Shown: in pieces, positions 61,033 through 64,000 of the stretch
Layout: each line of letters begins with the position of its first letter
Position numbering within the stretch: the stretch's first letter is position 1
From: an uncultured delta proteobacterium
Lineage (GTDB): Bacteria; Myxococcota_A; Polyangia; Polyangiales; Polyangiaceae
Direction of reading: 5' to 3'
Assembly: GCA_963841435.1 (NCBI GenBank)
Contig: CAWJCS010000006.1
Coordinates: 1,600,001-1,664,000 of the forward strand
Length of the DNA: 64,000 nucleotides
Notes under the pieces: model-generated
The model's input: the letters and a program-made list of their open reading frames with translations, nothing else
Database searches by the model: none
What the model was told of the DNA's origin: nothing
Position numbers and translations under genes: made by a program

Positions 61033-63474
61033 ATGGCCCAAGACGCAGCGCACGTTCTCGAGGACCCCGAGCTCGAACGCATCGTGGGCGAGGAGGAAGA
61101 CTGTCTCGAGCGCGTGGGGCAGGCCCTGTCCGTCCGCTCGCAGCGCACGCCTCGCGCCGACGCGGCCGAATACGACGCCCGGCTGCTCGACCTGCGCGAC
61201 CAGATCGGGGCGGCGCGCACGGAGGACCTGCCACCTCTCGTCCAGGAAATGGAGCGCGTTCAGGCGCTCGCGAGCCGGCTGCGCGAGATCGAGGAAGTGC
61301 CCGTCAACGTGCGCTCCCCCTACTTCGGGCGCCTCGTCCTCGCGGAGGGCGAGCGGCAGCGCGAGATCCTGATCGGACGTGCCACTCATCTCGATACGAA
61401 GAGCAACGTGCGCATCGTCGACTGGCGCGACGCTCCCGTGAGCCGCCTGTACTATCGCTACGAGGAGGGCGAGGAGTACGATGAGGAGTTCGGGGGGCGT
61501 GAAATCTCGGGGGAGGTAAAAGTGCGCCGCAGCGTCGGCATCACCGATGGCGTGCTTCGCCGCATCGGCTCGCCGCAGGGCACCTTCCTGCGCGGCTCGA
61601 ACGGCGCGTTCCGCCGCCTCGACGGCCAGGCGAGCCAGCTCGCCGGCGGCGCAGGCAGCGCCATCCGCGCCGAGCAGCATCACCGCCCCGGCCGCCTCGG
61701 GACGGGCACCGAAGGCGGCGACGACCGGCACCTCAAGGAAATCACCGCTCTCATCGATCCGCGACAGTTCGAGCTCATCACACGCTCCGACTCGGGGCTT
61801 TGCGTGATCCAGGGCGGCGCGGGCAGCGGCAAGACCACGATCGCGCTGCACCGACTCGCCTACCTCGCGTTCCGCGATCCGCGCCGCTTCCGTCCCGATC
61901 GCATGCTGATCATCGTCTTCAACGATGCTCTTGCCCGCTACATCGACAAGGTGCTGCCCGCGCTCGGCGTCGCCGGCGTCACGATCCGCACCTACAGCCA
62001 CTGGGCGAGCCGGGTGCGCCAAGCGCTCTACCCGCGCCTGCCGACCGGGTACCACGAGGACACACCGAGCACCGTCACCCGCCTCAAGAAGCACCCCGTC
62101 GTGCTCGGCATGGTCGAGAGCCTCGTCGCGGAGCGGGCCAACGCGATCGAGGCGGACCTTCGCGCGGCCCTCGCGCGCGATGGCGAGGCCGGCGAGCGCA
62201 TCATCGACACGTTCCGAAAGGGCGCTGGTCGTCCCCTCGCCCACCGGCTCCACGCGCTCGTGGGGCTCGCACAGGGCGACCCCGGGCGAGCGCTCTCCAC
62301 GAACGGCCGCGTCTCGCTCGAGCGCATCGGCGGGCGCGCCCTCAGCGCCGCGCGCGACGTGCTCGGCGCCTGGGCGGAGCTGTTCTCCGATCGCGGAGCG
62401 CTCGGCCGCGCGTTCGACGCCGCGGCGCCCGGCGCCTTCTCCAAGGGCGAGCTGGACCGCGCGCACGCCTGGTGCGTGGCCCGTGCCACCGAGGTGCAAA
62501 ACGAGGTCGAAGCGACGCACGCGGGCCGCCCCGGCGGCCGCACCGGCGGCCGCCCTCGCGACGCCAGTGACGACGCCGAGGGGTTCACGGGGGAGGAGGA
62601 CGACGGCGAGATCGAGATCCGCGCGGGCGCCGACGGCGCCGAGCTCACGGAGCGGGCGTACCTCGACGTCGAGGACGACGCGCTCTTCCTGCTCCTGCAT
62701 CAGGTGCTTCGGGGCCCGCTCACCCGCGGTGCCACGCGCGAGCCGATCGTCTACGAGCACGTGCTCGTGGACGAAGCTCAGGACCTCAGCCCCGTCGAGC
62801 TCGCGGTCGTGCTCGGGACCGCGAGCCCCCAGAAGAGCGTCACGCTCGCAGGCGACGCCCAGCAGCGCATGCTGCTCGACAACGGTTTTACCGATTTTTC
62901 CACCGTGCTCGGCGAGCTCGGCTTCTCGCACGTGGCCGTCGAGCCGCTGAAGCTGAGCTACCGCTCGACGCACGAAATTATCGAGTTTTCCCGCGAGGTT
63001 CTGGGCCCGCTCGCGTCCGCTGACGCGCCCAAGGCGACGCGCGTCGGGGCCCCCGTCGAGCTGTTCCAGCTCGCCCACGCCGGCGACGCCGTGGCGTTCC
63101 TCACCGAAGGCCTGCGTGATCTCGGTCAGCGCGAGCCGGCCGCTTCGGTGGCGGTGATTGCACGCTTCCCCGAGCAGGCGGACGTTTACTACGAGGCGCT
63201 CCGCCGCGCGGAGCTCCACCACGCACGCCGCGTCGCCGAGCAGGACTTCTCCTTCAAACCCGGCATCGACGTAACGGACGTGCGGCAGGTCAAGGGCCTC
63301 GAGTTCGACTACGTGATCCTGGTCAACGTGAACGACGGCGTGTATCCCGTCAACGACGAGGCGCGCCACCTCCTGCATATCGCTGCCACTCGCGCCGCGC
63401 ACCAGCTCTGGATCGTGGCGACGGGCAGGCCGAGTCAAATATTGCCCGCGTCCCTCCTGGAGCGGAGCAGATAG
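61033..63474 (+). CDS. SF1 (UvrD-like) ATPase, HelD-like RNA polymerase recycling factor
   Basis: SPYFGRL, IVDWRDAPVSRLYY, IQGGAGSGKTTIALHRLAYL, VDEAQD, AGDAQQ, SYRST, KGLEFD, TRA. Confidence 0.88.
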   Translation: MAQDAAHVLEDPELERIVGEEEDCLERVGQALSVRSQRTPRADAAEYDARLLDLRDQIGAARTEDLPPLVQEMERVQALASRLREIEEVPVNVRSPYFGRLVLAEGERQREILIGRATHLDTKSNVRIVDWRDAPVSRLYYRYEEGEEYDEEFGGREISGEVKVRRSVGITDGVLRRIGSPQGTFLRGSNGAFRRLDGQASQLAGGAGSAIRAEQHHRPGRLGTGTEGGDDRHLKEITALIDPRQFELITRSDSGLCVIQGGAGSGKTTIALHRLAYLAFRDPRRFRPDRMLIIVFNDALARYIDKVLPALGVAGVTIRTYSHWASRVRQALYPRLPTGYHEDTPSTVTRLKKHPVVLGMVESLVAERANAIEADLRAALARDGEAGERIIDTFRKGAGRPLAHRLHALVGLAQGDPGRALSTNGRVSLERIGGRALSAARDVLGAWAELFSDRGALGRAFDAAAPGAFSKGELDRAHAWCVARATEVQNEVEATHAGRPGGRTGGRPRDASDDAEGFTGEEDDGEIEIRAGADGAELTERAYLDVEDDALFLLLHQVLRGPLTRGATREPIVYEHVLVDEAQDLSPVELAVVLGTASPQKSVTLAGDAQQRMLLDNGFTDFSTVLGELGFSHVAVEPLKLSYRSTHEIIEFSREVLGPLASADAPKATRVGAPVELFQLAHAGDAVAFLTEGLRDLGQREPAASVAVIARFPEQADVYYEALRRAELHHARRVAEQDFSFKPGIDVTDVRQVKGLEFDYVILVNVNDGVYPVNDEARHLLHIAATRAAHQLWIVATGRPSQILPASLLERSR

Positions 63475-63488
63475 TAAAAGTCTACGCG

Positions 63489-64000
63489 CTACGCCGTTAG
63501 CAAAACTGGCAACGCGTGGCGTTCGACGTGGGCTCGGTGGACGCGCAGGTTTCGGTCGACTCCGATGATTTCGCCGGGGGCGAAGGGCTGCCAGACGTTC
63601 TCGCCGGACAGCGGCTCGCTCGAGACGATGAAGTGATTCACGTCACCCGTCGTCGTGGGGGCCTCGCACACTGCGGAGAGGCTCGGACAGTGATCACGGT
63701 CGGAACAGCGGTGCTTGTGGGTCGAGAAAAACAGATCCTTGCCGCCCTGCGTCGCGACGAGCAGCTCGCCGTCGGTCACCATCAACGTGAGCAGCGATGT
63801 CGGCTCGCCCTCGCGGTCGCAGAGGGCGCGCACGCGCTCGACGGCCGTTCTGAGCGCCCAGGTCACGTCCCCGAGCTCGAAGCGCTCCGAAAGCGGGCCG
63901 CGGCGGGCGAGCTGAGTTAGGAACAGGAAAAAAACGATCTCACTGTCCGTCTCGCCGAGGATGAAGCGCGCGAGCTCGGGCGCGATCTCGGCGACCATGG
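63489..64000 (-). CDS. Class II glutamine amidotransferase (YafJ/EgtC-like), 3' part
   Basis: GETDSE, VTDG, IVSSEPLS...WQ; 5' end lies outside the window. Confidence 0.85.
   Translation of the reverse strand, partial: MVAEIAPELARFILGETDSEIVFFLFLTQLARRGPLSERFELGDVTWALRTAVERVRALCDREGEPTSLLTLMVTDGELLVATQGGKDLFFSTHKHRCSDRDHCPSLSAVCEAPTTTGDVNHFIVSSEPLSGENVWQPFAPGEIIGVDRNLRVHRAHVERHALPVLLTA

Overview
GC-rich bacterial chromosome segment with no phage, IS, integrase or CRISPR. Gene content points to a myxobacterium, probably Polyangiaceae-like (inference from Ser/Thr kinases, CGDG/CDDGN cysteine-rich repeats with a fibro-slime domain, and Gly-rich lipoproteins). It carries a split SOS mutagenesis cassette (imuA-imuB ... 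dnaE2), rpsO-pnp, an rpoN-hpf-ptsN-hprK-rapZ-ptsH-ptsI cluster, guaA, tRNA-Pro(TGG), an APS reductase, a HelD-like ATPase and many accessory genes. Best candidate for an undescribed system: a ~400-nt, densely base-paired, apparently non-coding RNA at ~55240-55645, with nested long-range helices, a possible kissing loop and its own intrinsic terminator. Its 5' end is covered by a 15/16 match to the myxobacterial LexA (SOS) box, the same motif found in front of dnaE2 and imuA here. Other notable items: a sigma54 promoter with IHF site and palindromic enhancer driving an ECF sigma gene, an NtrC-like protein lacking GAFTGA and the arginine fingers, and a CxxC domain fused to APS reductase. Four reading-frame breaks may be sequencing errors. 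All calls were made by eye from motifs; no database searches or folding programs were run.
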